A stretch of DNA of 63,920 nucleotides, filler included, from Folioceros fuciformis (Eukaryota), in assembly GCA_049999805.1 (NCBI GenBank). It is 8 parts of 8 records of this genome, joined end to end, with 100 filler letters (N's around TTAATTAATTAA, not from the genome) between each part and the next. Parts side by side here need not be neighbours in the genome. Positions count along the whole stretch, not along the records: positions 1 to 11,332 come from JBNGIO010001251.1; 7 more parts are not named here. One strand, 5' to 3'. Of the stretch, positions 1-11,432 are shown piece after piece. The translations under genes and the position numbers were made by a program. The notes beneath the pieces are model-generated. The model was given only the letters and a program-made list of their open reading frames with translations, had not been told where the DNA came from and made no database searches. The first letter of the stretch is position 1. Each line of letters opens with the position of its first letter.

Positions 1-1300
1 GGGTAGGCGAGTGCACGTAGGGTTCTTGGGTGGCGGCATTGAGGTCGTGTTGCTCCACGACGATGGTTTCGGGGACAAATCGGGAGGAGGATCCTCACCG
101 AGTGGAAGGCAACTTCCCTACTATCTCTATTGTTTTCCGTTGTGTGTGGCAGAAGGAGCAAGCGGGGCAGAATCTGCCGACTGCGGAGTGGAAGCTGACA
201 CTTGCTTCCCTTATTCCCTAGTGTTCCAACTGCCTGCCCTTTAATCCCTAAGGAGGAGAAGGAGAAGTGAGTTGAAAGGAGAAGAGAGTTGAGGCGGAGG
301 AGGACTGTGGGTGACCGTCGCAGGAGGAAGACGAATCCGCCGATCGTAGAGTGGAGGGAAAACTTGTCCCACCCTTATTTTCCGACTGTAGGTTGTAACC
401 CCAGTTCTGTTGTTGGTGTGGAGAGATGATCGAGAGCTGAGCGAGTGAAAAAGGAGTTCTGTGAGGAAGTGACTAAAGATGAGAGTGACTGAAGGATGAC
501 GTTGAGAGAGCAAGTGTAAGCTGGAGGAGAGAAGTGAAGGAACGAGATCGCGGGGTTGGCAGGAAGAAAGGTGAATCCGCCGAGTGTGGAGTGGAGGCAG
601 CGTCCATCCCTTCCCTACTTTCTGACCGTCGACCTCGAGCGAGTTGGCTATGAATGTGGTGAGGCTGGGAGAAAGCCGAAGTGGTGACGAAGTCGTGGAG
701 GAGACCCTGAAGGGGTTGGGTGTGTGTGATAATGTCGTTGAGTTCATGAGGAGAGATGTCGTGAGAGATAGTCTGGAGAGTCGCGGTGGCTAAGTGTTGA
801 TGTGAGCGGTGCCATGTTGCGTGGTAACCAAGTGCGCGCGTGTATGGGGATGATCGCGAGTGCATGCGCTAAGAATGTGATGTGACTGAGAGAGCGCTAT
901 GTTAGTGGCGAGGCTGCTCAGAGTACACTGAAGGAACTTTGTGTGAGTGTGGAAGTGGTCGAGAGAGTAAGATGACCAAGGATTTGTCTAAGAGCCGTGG
1001 TTGATGAAGGCTTGTGAGAGGTACTTGTACGCTGGAAATGGACGTGTTCTGAGTGCGCTATGGGGGTGGAACGTGAGAAGAACCGACCAGAGTTGGCGAA
1101 GGGAGAGGGTGTTAAGCAACTGCTGCAGGGTCGCGACGGTCGATGTGGGTGAGGGCGACCGTGAGATTCATCTGCGCGGCTGTATCTGGCTTGTGTTGGA
1201 GTATTGAGTGAGTGTTGGCGTGAGGTGTGACCCTGGAAGTCTGTTGGGTTGTGTATGTCCTTGTGGGGTGTGAGTAACCCCAAATCGCTACTCAGAAACT
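1..1300 (-). other. Decayed repetitive sequence, probably a transposon-derived ORF relic
   Basis: Motif GAATCCGCCGA..GAGTGGAGG at 333 and 573 (240 nt apart), with a weaker copy near 89-106. Minus-strand frames are Ser/Thr/His/Pro-rich and broken by stops. No recognisable domain. Confidence 0.25.
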
Positions 1301-2792
1301 CCGGGTAGAGCCCGCGGAGAAATATTTAAACCACGTGTATTAGCTAGAAGTTGGGGGTGGGACCCACCCTGGTAGTAGAATCAACTACCGATTGTGGAGG
1401 CCCCATCGGTAGTTGAAAGGTTGATACTTGTAGATACACCTACCTTGGTAACTGAGTGAGTCTTGGGGTTTGTAGGCTGGGCTGAGGTAGTTAAGCCGCC
1501 TGAGGGTGGTGGTAGTGGAACCGGTAGGTAGCAGAACAGGAGGTAGGTAAAACCCGACCTAGGTAGAGATTGACTTTAGGAAGAAACCTATGTTATTTGA
1601 CACAAATCATTCCCTTGGAATTGAATCCCAGTGCTATAACGCCATAGAGGATTTTTGTGGACCTTGTGGTACCCTCGGGTACAATATTTTACCTCACAAT
1701 ACCCGAGGTGAAAACCATAAAATAGTGCACCCTTCCCTTTGTCCGATTTGGTATGCCATAGTCCACAATCTTTATGGTGTTAGAAGATAAACAAATTTGT
1801 AGAGTAAGCTATAACCAAGGTGATGTGGAATTGTAGAAAACGTAAATAGGCTAGGAGATGCTACAAAATATTCCTGTACAATATACTATTGAAAAAAAAA
1901 ACACCAAGATATGATACTTATGGCATGTGGAAGTCTAGAAGCCATAAAGAGGTTGGGAGATGCTACAAAATATTCCTGTATAACATACTATTGAAAAAAA
2001 AAAAAAAAGAGGATGTGATACTTATAGCATACCAAATAGGAGAGAGGGGGTTTGGCACAAAATTTGGTCTGAATAGAGAGTTTGTTAGGTTTGGGCTTGA
2101 GTACGAATATTTAGCTCATAAAGAAAAAATATCCATATTGGCTATTTGCACATTCGGTTGAAATATCGTCAGGGTACAATTGGTTGAAATATTGTTAGGG
2201 TCTATTCTACCCGAGGCACCATTCTACCAACTTGAGGGTTTTTGGTTTAGCCTTCGTGGTGGAAGGAGGTGCAGGTTATAACATCCAATTTACGATTTAT
2301 AGTTTGAGGGCTTTTGGTTGGTGTTTCAGGCTATTTGTGGATTCATCCTATTTAGGGTTTAGAATTTGGGTTTTTTTGGTTTGTGTTTCATGCTATTTGT
2401 GGATTCCCATATGTACATCCGTATCCCTGAGCTCCACCCTCGGCCTCATGCACAAACCTCCACCCTCTCCCTACTTACCGTTGTGTACAAACCTCCATGG
2501 CCCTTCACCCCCTCCCTCTTTACTGAAGTCGTTCACCAGGCCAAGCAAAGTTGCTCCACCCTCCTTATCTTGCTCCACCCTCCTTATCTACGCTTCTCCT
2601 TCCCTTGCTGCAGAACTTGGTGACTCTGCGACCTTGAGTATGTGGTGAATGAACCCCGAAATAAACCTTGAATGAGCAAACCCTAACCATTGAAAGCCCA
2701 ATGATAAATGTAAAATGAAATTTATTAAATATCTAAGAATTATTTTTAAAAAAAGATTTTGAGAAATATATGTGTGAGGGTAAGAAAAAAGG

Positions 2793-2813
2793 TTTAGGGT
2801 TTAGGGTTTAGGG
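2793..2813 (+). repeat. Interstitial plant telomere motif (TTTAGGG)3
   Basis: Three perfect TTTAGGG units read directly. Confidence 0.85.
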
Positions 2814-4218
2814 TTTTGGAATGATGCTCAAACGGAAACTCGCAACAACGGCATCTTGGGGTATATACTCTCAGGTACCCAAGGTGAAAAGCATAAAATA
2901 AGTATGCCATTTGTCTGAATTGGTATTCTGTACCCCTCCTCAATACACCAGACGCTGAGGATTTTATGGAAGAACATAGGTTCACAATTTGGAAGACAGC
3001 CCTTCCCAACTCGGACACCTGGGATGCACCTTTTAGAGGGTGTGGCAACCCCGCATTGCAATCTACGCATCAGGTCGAGGAACACAAGAGTACGCATATC
3101 GCTTTGCATTATTCGTTTGCTATATGTATTTGGAAGGCTGTGGCAGCATGGCTCAGGAGAACTCTTGCTTCCCCGTTCCTGGTTACCTCTTCTGAAGCTT
3201 TTTCCCTTGGATCGGTGTTGGATGGAAGCACTGGGCAGGTCTGACTTTTCAGAGGTGTGCAGACTGTTAAACCCGTGCCAATCTTCTGTTCCACATGGGA
3301 GACCACCACCTCATGGGAGCTTCCGATATTGAGGCTTGCTGTCCGCAACTAATCAAGCTGGAAAGCTTGGCGTGGGGCCGGCTTCATAGCCTCCATCGAA
3401 CAACTATTTGCCATCAATTCCTGCTTATAAGGGGCATGCACCCCACCATCCCTTGCACGAGGCGCGCATGTGACCTCGTCGGGACTGTAAGGTTGCACTT
3501 CTTTCAGGCAAGGCACGATGTAGGTCCTGTTACCATCCCCGGAGAGTAGTCTGCCCTCGTTCTTGAAGATTCCCTAAACTCCTCTGGCCAAAACTTTCTC
3601 AGTACGTCTTCGGAGGCCTCGCTTCCCCGCTCTCTGGCCCCCTTGCTCTTACACCTTGTTCTGCACCTGAAAAAGCCAGAAGAGCGAGAGGGCCAGAGAG
3701 TGGGGGCGCGCAACCTCTAACACCTTCGAGCCAGCTCGACATCAATTAGCGAAACCTAGAGTGTTTTTCTCGTGCTGAGCACCATCTTGATTTTCACTGA
3801 ACGGATTTTCATGCACAAAATGCACACACGAAGATGATTCGAATCGGACAAGGTATACACCCAGAAAAAATCGGACAGGGTGTCCAAGAGCATTCACTGT
3901 CCTCATTCTTCTCCCAAACCTAAGGGATCAGCCGACCGTATCTCCCCTACCATCACTACTTTTTTGTTATTAAACCTGCAACCCTCAGTTTTAGCCTCTT
4001 AGTAAAGTGTGTTGGCAACACCGTTTACACTGCAGCTATGAGATTATCGCTTCCTCACAATTACTGTACAGTTGATCGGCGTTGCCTGGGTCGTAGCTGC
4101 TGCGTGCGTGGTTATAAGAGAATCTGTATAGGCTTCCTTGCACAAACCAACACTTTCCAGATATTAGAGGGAGGGCAACCACCCTGCTACTCACAATATG
4201 TAACTACGGTGAACGGAA

Positions 4219-6665
4219 TCATCCGTCGTTATGTGGACTATTTCCGGCACCTGTGACCTTGGCATAATTCACTGGAGCGGATGGAGCTTTTGAGTGAAAT
4301 GAGGGCCCTCTGCATTCGCACACTCCACTCTCCTTGGGTGTGTCCCCGCTCCCAAGCTGCCCACCGGGTGTTCCATGAGGCAGTCCGGTAGAGATGTCTC
4401 CACTTTCTCCGAAGGCCTTGACACCTGCGGTGCGAAACAGAGGAAACCTCTTACACCCGCTAGATGTGGAAAAATCACGAGGCCTACAATCAGCACAAAA
4501 CAACACATTCCAAACCCGCAGACATCTGCTAAGTGGACTTCGAGCAAACGGCAACGATTGAAGAAATTAAGCACGGCGGGCGACACAACAGGATACAAAG
4601 GGGGCACACGATCCGGAATTTCTGTAGTCAAGAGACATTCAATTGCAGGCACCGAGGAGACACAAGACAGCACAGCAACAATACCAATTCCCAGATTCAT
4701 GCGGGAGATTTTGGTATGCTGACACGAGGGGAAAAACGCCAGCGGCAACATGAGAGGGGACAAGACAGCCAAGTTCTGCTGATACCTCTGCTTGGAGTGT
4801 CTTGATGGCCAGGCAAAGCTTTTTGTCGCCCACCAACAACCTCAGACACTTTGCCCAGCCTGCCTTGGACATTTTACCTGCCTGTATTGAGTACATAAAC
4901 AGCTAGTTGAAAATGCCCGCAGAGAGAATGTACACAGAACTGCAGAAACGAACGAACTCGAAACCTATGATTTCCAGGGGGCACAGGGATGCTAACAAAC
5001 CTCTGGAAACTTACCTTGTAACAGATATACTTCTGCCTGAGCAAAATCCAATTGGCCGGTGGTAGCTCCCGTTTTAGGAGCGTGAGCAACTCTGGAAAGT
5101 TCATTTTCAACCCAGGTAATTGTCGCCCTTCCCTTTGAATCGATTTCTGGTAAGCGCAACTATCTCCAAAGAAACAGCCGCCTGACGGTGATCTTCCAAT
5201 CTGTCCATTCACAAGGTCGTGGTACAATTAGGAACCTCTTCAACACACACCGTCGGTGTCTAGGCAGATATGAAAAGATGGTAGCGCTAGGCGTTACACT
5301 AAGGACTATCCTCAGGTGTGACCAAAGAATCCCAAGACACGACCAAGTAGTAGTCAGCGTCCAAACCCAATCACCTGGGGTAAAACATGACAGAACCAAA
5401 CATACCGCTTCATGACGCTGAACTTCATCACCAGGACTGTCTGGTTGACTGGAGAAAGGGTTGCAGCAATTGCCCAACTTATGCCTGACTCTGCTGTCCT
5501 CAACCCTCTCTGCAACGAGCACAAGCATTAAACCCGACCTTGGTGGCAGGAAAGACAATAATAGGGGAAGTAAAACACGTGCCTGCTGGTAGAGCAAGAA
5601 CTCACCGATCCATGCCTTGGAAGCCTTGAAGCTGACAACATAGACAGGTAGAACATGTGAATTCATATGGGTACTCCATATGATGTACCGTCTAGGGTCC
5701 TCGAGGTTGTCGACGCCCGTGTCGAATCCCTCGCTGCTGGGATGGAACTGCTCAGACCCCGGCTGAACGAGCTCTTGCGAGCCCAATATAACTTGGCAGA
5801 GCACCATATGATGCTCGCCCCTTTCGTCGATATCAGAGTAAATGGCACTGCAGGGCAGAAGGAGAAATCATGATTAGGCAGGGACAAAGAGGGAAGCAAA
5901 GCCTTTGGAGAAAGAAGAGTGGGGAAACAGAGAGGAGGAGGAGGAGGGGAGAGGGAGGAAGAGAATAGAATCCATTGAGAAAAAGAACCTCAGGTTGGAG
6001 TAATTCTCCGGAGCGAGATAAACTCCATGCCCGTAACATGCGCCGTTCTTGGGCCTCTTCGGCTGCCCAAAGCCGTACATGATGATACCTTTCACACCCT
6101 TCCTGGACGTTCCATGCCAGCCAAAGGCGACGTTGGCACCACCTCTAAGCTTGGCAGTCATTGCCTGATGCAACAAGAAGTTTTGCAACCGTGCTCGCCC
6201 TGTGTTGCTGCTATGGGAGTTCAGGTAAACACCAGTGATGGTGATGTCCTGAGCGGTCATTCCAGGTCCTGCATGGAGCTTGTCAGCAATAACCTGGAAC
6301 TCTTTATCTCCTGCTGTAAGCGTTATGAGTTTGTCGCCGAATTGATCATACTGTGGTGAGGCGGCCACGTCCACCGGCCGAGAGTCCTTGCACGCCTCCT
6401 CTTGGTTGTGCTGGTGCAGATCCGTGCAAGCAGGCTCCCAGAAGTTGAGAGGTACCTTGTAGGGGTAGACTGACAGCAGGCAGCCGACGGCAGCGAACGC
6501 CACATTGTCGTGCGGACTCATGGTCGTCGCTAAGGATGTGAACACATGCGGGCAGGGCCTCACATGTGACGCATCGACATAGAAGAGACGAGGTAGGAGT
6601 CCATGGACCCGTCGTGCATGACAAAAGGCAAGGGGAGGTGACCGTGCGGCGAGCAAGCAAGCCAC
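4219..6665 (-). CDS. SRO: SRO/RCD1-family protein (PARP-like domain + RST domain), multi-exon; start codon uncertain
   Basis: PARP-like segments ANVAFGWHGTS, YGHGVYLAP, HMVLCQVILG and FDTGVDNLEDPRRYIIWSTHMNSHVLPVYVVSF. RST segments MNFPELLTLLKRELPPANWILLRQKYICYK and GKMSKAGWAKCLRLLVGDKKLCLAIKTLQ. GT-AG phases are compatible with a last exon ending at 4219. First in-frame ATG is at 6521, but the frame is open upstream of 6665. Confidence 0.85.
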
Positions 6666-7004
6666 TCCAGATTTGGCATTGAGCAGAGGCGGAGGAAGCC
6701 GAGCCGAGGAAGGGCAGGCAGGGCAGAGCAGGGCAGGCAGAGCAGGAGTGAGACGAGAAGCGAGGTCAGAAGAGGCTTATGTAGCCCCGCGCAAGGACAT
6801 TGGGCGGCGGCTCCGATTCAGAAGAAGGAGAAGAGCAAGAAGCGCAAGCAAGGAGCAAGAAGTCAGGACCCTCAGCAGCAACAGCAGCCCAGATCAGTGT
6901 CGCCGCGCAGCCATCGCCAACAGGAGGAGGAACTTCGCGCGGAGACGACGACTTCACGGGCAAGGCATCCAGTCAGACTCATCGTTTCCCGTCCGACGCT
7001 GCCC

Positions 7005-7065
7005 CGTCCCGTTACGTTTTCGGATCACCATTCCGTCACGATTTCAGATCACCGTTCCGTCACGG
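7005..7065. promoter_or_regulatory. ~24-nt imperfect tandem repeat in the divergent SRO/BMI1 intergenic region
   Basis: ccgttacgttttcggatcaccatt / ccgtcacgatttcagatcaccgtt / ccgtcacgg. Contains CCGTT (AACGG) cores. Confidence 0.4.
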
Positions 7066-7292
7066 CTACTACTCGCGACCTTGAAGAGGCTTGTCCGTTA
7101 CATATCTTGTGACTTGCAGGAGAAGGGAACGCAAAAACGTTGAAGTTACGGACGTAACTTGCCTGGGCAGCTTCCTTGTTAACTGCCCGCTGCCCGATGC
7201 CCGCTGCCCGGGCCGAGTCCTTCGCTACTTGGCTTGAAGCACACGACAAAGTGGAAGGTCAGCTCATAGCCGCGAGGTGAGCACCGGCAGCG

Positions 7293-9675
7293 ATGCCCCT
7301 CAGCGGCAAGAAAGCCGTGTGTGGGAGCGAGGTGAAGGTTGCCAAGGCCCCGCTTGTCGCCTGCCTCACGTGCCCTCTGTGCGGCCAGCTCTTCCAGGAA
7401 GCCACCACCATCTGCGAGTGTTTGCACACCTGTAAGGATTGGACGTCACTCCTGACTGCTCCTGCTGTTGCGTGTGATTGTGGATTTTCTTTCGTTGGCT
7501 TGCAGTTCATGCATGCATTGTGCTTGTCTCACCACGTCGCCGTCCCCGCTGCTCCTCCTGCTGTTCAGTCTGCCGGGAGTGTATTCACAACAGGCTCAGC
7601 GATGGAGAGACCAATGGCTGTCCTATGTGCAATGTTAACCTTGGCTGTCTTCCCCTGGAGAAGCTAAGGTGTGTTCGGATTCCTACAGCTTTGTTGACGG
7701 ATTTTGCACCTTTCGTAGTTGTCGTGGGCCTGAAACCCTAGGGTTGGGAAAGAATGGCGTGATTGTGAACGAATGTGGCACGGGGTTTGTTGCAGAGCGG
7801 ACCATCAGCTGGATGACGTTAAGGCAAAATTGTTTCCGAACAATGTCAGGAAAAGGAAACTGGGTGCAGCGGTCAGCCCGGTTGTGCACAGCGTAGGGAA
7901 GAGGAAGGAGAGGTCGTTGTACTCGCTTGGGATTGGGTCAGTGCCTTCAGTCTCCAATCCAGGGTTTGCCTCTCGCAAAACGAAGTGGTCACCTAGTAAC
8001 ACGGCAGATGGCAATGAGTCGACCAGCAGTGAGAGGACGAGTGGTGGGCATGACGAAGGAGGAAGGGATAGGGATGATCCGTTCCAGGAGGGGGATGAGG
8101 AGGAGGAGGATGAAGAGGAGGAGAAGGTGAGGGATGAGGGTGATGTTGAGGAGTGTGGGAGTCCCAGGAAGACTAGGGTTGGCGAACAAGCAGAGGTGGG
8201 GGCAAGGGATGTGGCAGGAGGTGGCAAGGGTGAATACGGTGATGGTGCAAGTCCTACGTGGAATGCTCAGCCATCCGATGCGCCGGCTACCGCCTCTCCC
8301 TCCAATTCAACTGCAGCCTATCTTGTCCGGGCCTTGGGTCCAGCAAGGAACGGAAGAAAGGCTGATCCAAGTGGTAGTCTAGCATCGGAACAGGTTCGTG
8401 TGCTCTCAGCTACTGAGCCCTTGCATGCGAGAGGCAATACCTCAACCGAAACGTCCTCCCTTAAGGAGGAGGATGGGGCTGGGGTAGGGGAAGTGCCTGC
8501 TGGGGTTGGGGACAACGCTGTCTCCCCGTCTTGTCCTCTGGCAACTCTTGCGGAAGTGGCAGGTGCAGATGCTGCCAGGTCTACTGCATGTCCAGGCGCT
8601 AAGCTCTCAGCTTCTGTCTCTCCGGTTGGTCCGGCCACGGAAGCGTCCCCGGAAAGTGAATCTGGGGACAGTCCCATGGAACATGAAACAGAAGCAAAGT
8701 TAAAGGGTGTGGGCGGCACTGTTGGTGCCGCCAGCCGGAGTGGCTCGGCTGGGTCAGCTGTGCACAGAAGTGGTGCAAATGTGCCGCGGATATCCACTGC
8801 CAGGACTTGTCAGGATGATTCAGCTTTCAAAAAATCCGAGATTGTGAAGAGTGCGTCTCCAGGCTTGACTGGGCACTGTGCCGTTCCCTGCAGGCGCAGA
8901 ATGGGTGGCGTCTGGTTTGCCCTTGAGGCAGCAGAGAATCAGTTCTGTCCTGAAACAAACTCTGTGTCTGTTTGATGCTCTTGCAGTTTATCCTCGAGTC
9001 AGTGGGCGAGGTGTCTAAAATGGCCAGGTCTTGTGCCTCGGCTTCTCCACAATCTGTGTCCGAGGATGGGTTTGAGGGGACATGTCCGATAAAATGCTTG
9101 TGCCTCATGTCGTCCAGTCCAGTGCACACCAGTTGTCACTCAACCTGGTTCGTTTGCATGTTGTTGCAGGCTGGGGGAGAGTGTCCTGCCACAGATTGCA
9201 AGCCCGTATTTGCGGATCAGGTCAGCCTCTTGCACTTTCAGCAGTCAGGGTTTTTTTCCCTTCTCTCTTCTTAACTCATCGAACGTGCCGTTGTCGTGTA
9301 GGGATGGGCGGCTGCCAGTGTCTCTTGTTAAGAAATACCTGGTGAAGAAGCTGGGACTCAAAAGTGAATCTGAGGTATGCTCTCCATGTGGCCTGGTCAT
9401 TGCAAACATCAGCCTTCCTCTTTGATTTGATCGGAGCATACCTTCTTGTGACAAAATTGGGTTCACAGGTAGAGATCACTTGCCGTGGTCAACCCGTGGT
9501 TCCAAGCCTACCGCTGGAAAGTGTCCGCAATATCTGGTTCGCCACCGCAGGTAGCAGCAGCGACGTCAATGCGAATGCGAAGGATCAGGACGCTCCACTC
9601 GGTAAAGACGTAGGCTCCCCGAACAACTACCTCATGGTGCTCACGTATCAGAAACATCGGAGAAGGGTATGTTGA
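7293..9675 (+). CDS. BMI1: BMI1/DRIP-type PRC1 RING finger E3 ligase (C3HC4 RING + RAWUL), 6 coding exons
   Basis: RING CPLCGQLFQEATTICECLHT|FCRECI...CPMCNVNLGCLPLEKLR|ADHQL. C-terminal GVWFALEAAENQ|LGESVLPQIASPYLRIR|DGRLPVSLVKKYLVKKLGLKSESE|VEITCRGQPV...MVLTY is typical of DRIP1/2 (AtBMI1). Confidence 0.93.
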
Positions 9676-10229
9676 CAAGCGACCTTTCCCAGCGCCCCGA
9701 TCTTCGAGCCCATCTGCTCCGTGCTCGTTTTCATTTCCCGCTTTCCTTGCCGCCAGATGATGATCAAGGTACATACAGGTACTAGGTGAAGAAGGCAGCA
9801 ATATTTTTTTTGACGCAAACTTTGTCCTTGCTAGACTACTTAAAAAGCTTTCCCATGAGTGGTCTTAATTGTTGGTTTGTACGCCCGGTCAAACCGGTAT
9901 CACGGTGCTACACGCATACTTCGCCTACGTCCCTTATAGGTAGCATATGAATCTGCGTCCCATGTGGACCGGGTACGAAGTGGGCGAGGCACTTACAATC
10001 CGCACTGGCTTTGGCACGTACCTGCTCGTGTGCCATCGCCGTCGTCGTTGTCCAGTTGTGAAAGGATGGGACTTGAATTTCTGTGTAAGCACTAGCCAAA
10101 CGTTTAATGCAACTGGGGTTAAATGTTAATGCACGCGAAGGGGTGAAGTGGCACTGTGGCGGGTGCATGGGGACTTCTGCCAGTCCTTTGGCTCTCTTAA
10201 GAATTCTTGGCAAGTAGCTCAGCGCGTGT

Positions 10230-10800
10230 CTATCCCGCTCCAAGCTCTGCGACTTGCTCAACGCCCTGCGAGTCGCTCAACGTATGTCCATCGCACTCCA
10301 GGCTTCGCAAGTCGGTCAATGTGTCTCTATCGCTCTCCAGGAATTCTCCGTCTTCCCGCAGTTTGTAAGGCGGCAACTGGAGTTGACACTGACACTTATC
10401 CGTGCTCCGTAGTTTGCAAGGCGACAACAGAAAGTGACACTGACACTCATCCCACCTTCGTAGCTCTTCTTGCTATAGCAATTCTTCACAAGGCAGCGAC
10501 TAGAGGCGATTTTGATGATTATCCTTCTCTATGCTTTCCAAGGTGGCAAGAGCTGTGAACATTTACACTTCTTCCTTCTCTGGAGCTCACAAGGTAGTAC
10601 TAACCTGGAGTTTAACATCTACACTTCTTCCTTCTCTGGAGTTCACAAGGTGGTATCTGGAGGTAAACACAACCACTTCTTCATCTGTGCGCAGTGTGCG
10701 AGGTGAACATTGATAGTTCTCCCTCCGTAGTATCCAAGGTAGGACTTGGAAGAAGTGACTTTGACGTCTCTCCCTCTTCTAGAGTTTGCAGGCCGTCCTC
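10230..10800. repeat. Degenerate minisatellite array (~51-nt units, plus ~39-nt units at the left)
   Basis: Units starting G(T/C)T(T/C)xxAAGG at ~10361, 10412, 10534, 10585, 10641 and 10730. TACACTTCTTCCTTCTCTGGAG occurs twice exactly. Confidence 0.6.
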
Positions 10801-11332
10801 CTCATTTTTGCTTCCTTTGCCGTTTGTAAGTTGTCCTCTCCTTCCTCGTTTGCTGGTCGTTTGATCTTCCGTCTGAACGGTATCTAAGCCCTAACCATGT
10901 TTGAGGCGAGGCGCAGTAGAGAGATTAAGATACTCCTTTTCGCTCCATTCTCACTAGGGTTGGGTTTCTTCTTCTTAATCAGTTTTTATTTTTTAAAAAA
11001 ACCTTAACAAAAGGACACAAGAAAAGTTAACGCGGAAACCCTAAAGAAAAGGTAGATCTAGAATGGTCAATCCGGATTCGATGTCATTAGTGCGGGGGAA
11101 TGGAAAGAAACAGGGCAATGCGGTTGGAAAGGAAATGTGTTAATGGGTACGTATATGTATACAAAAAAATATGTACAGTGCTTTCACATTGTACTTGGAT
11201 GGCATGTGGGCGGAAATTGGTCGCAGATCCCGTTCCCGTTCCGTCTCCGAAAGCTTTGGCCCCGCCGGGTTTGGTCTGGTTTGCCCTTCCTGTTACTGTT
11301 CCGTGGGCGGTGACAGAGTGGTAGCAGCAGAG

Positions 11333-11432
11333 NNNNNNNNNNNNNNNNNNNNNNNNNNNNNNNNNNNNNNNNNNNNTTAATTAATTAANNNNNNNNNNNN
11401 NNNNNNNNNNNNNNNNNNNNNNNNNNNNNNNN
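11333..11432. other. Artificial contig spacer (N44-TTAATTAATTAA-N44)
   Basis: Identical 100-nt structure at seven places; the 12-mer gives stops in all six frames. Confidence 0.97.

Noticed and set aside
2820-3790. Several 70-100 aa ORFs and a possible minus-strand splice acceptor near 3667
   Set aside because: All frames are interrupted, with no recognisable domain or coherent gene model.
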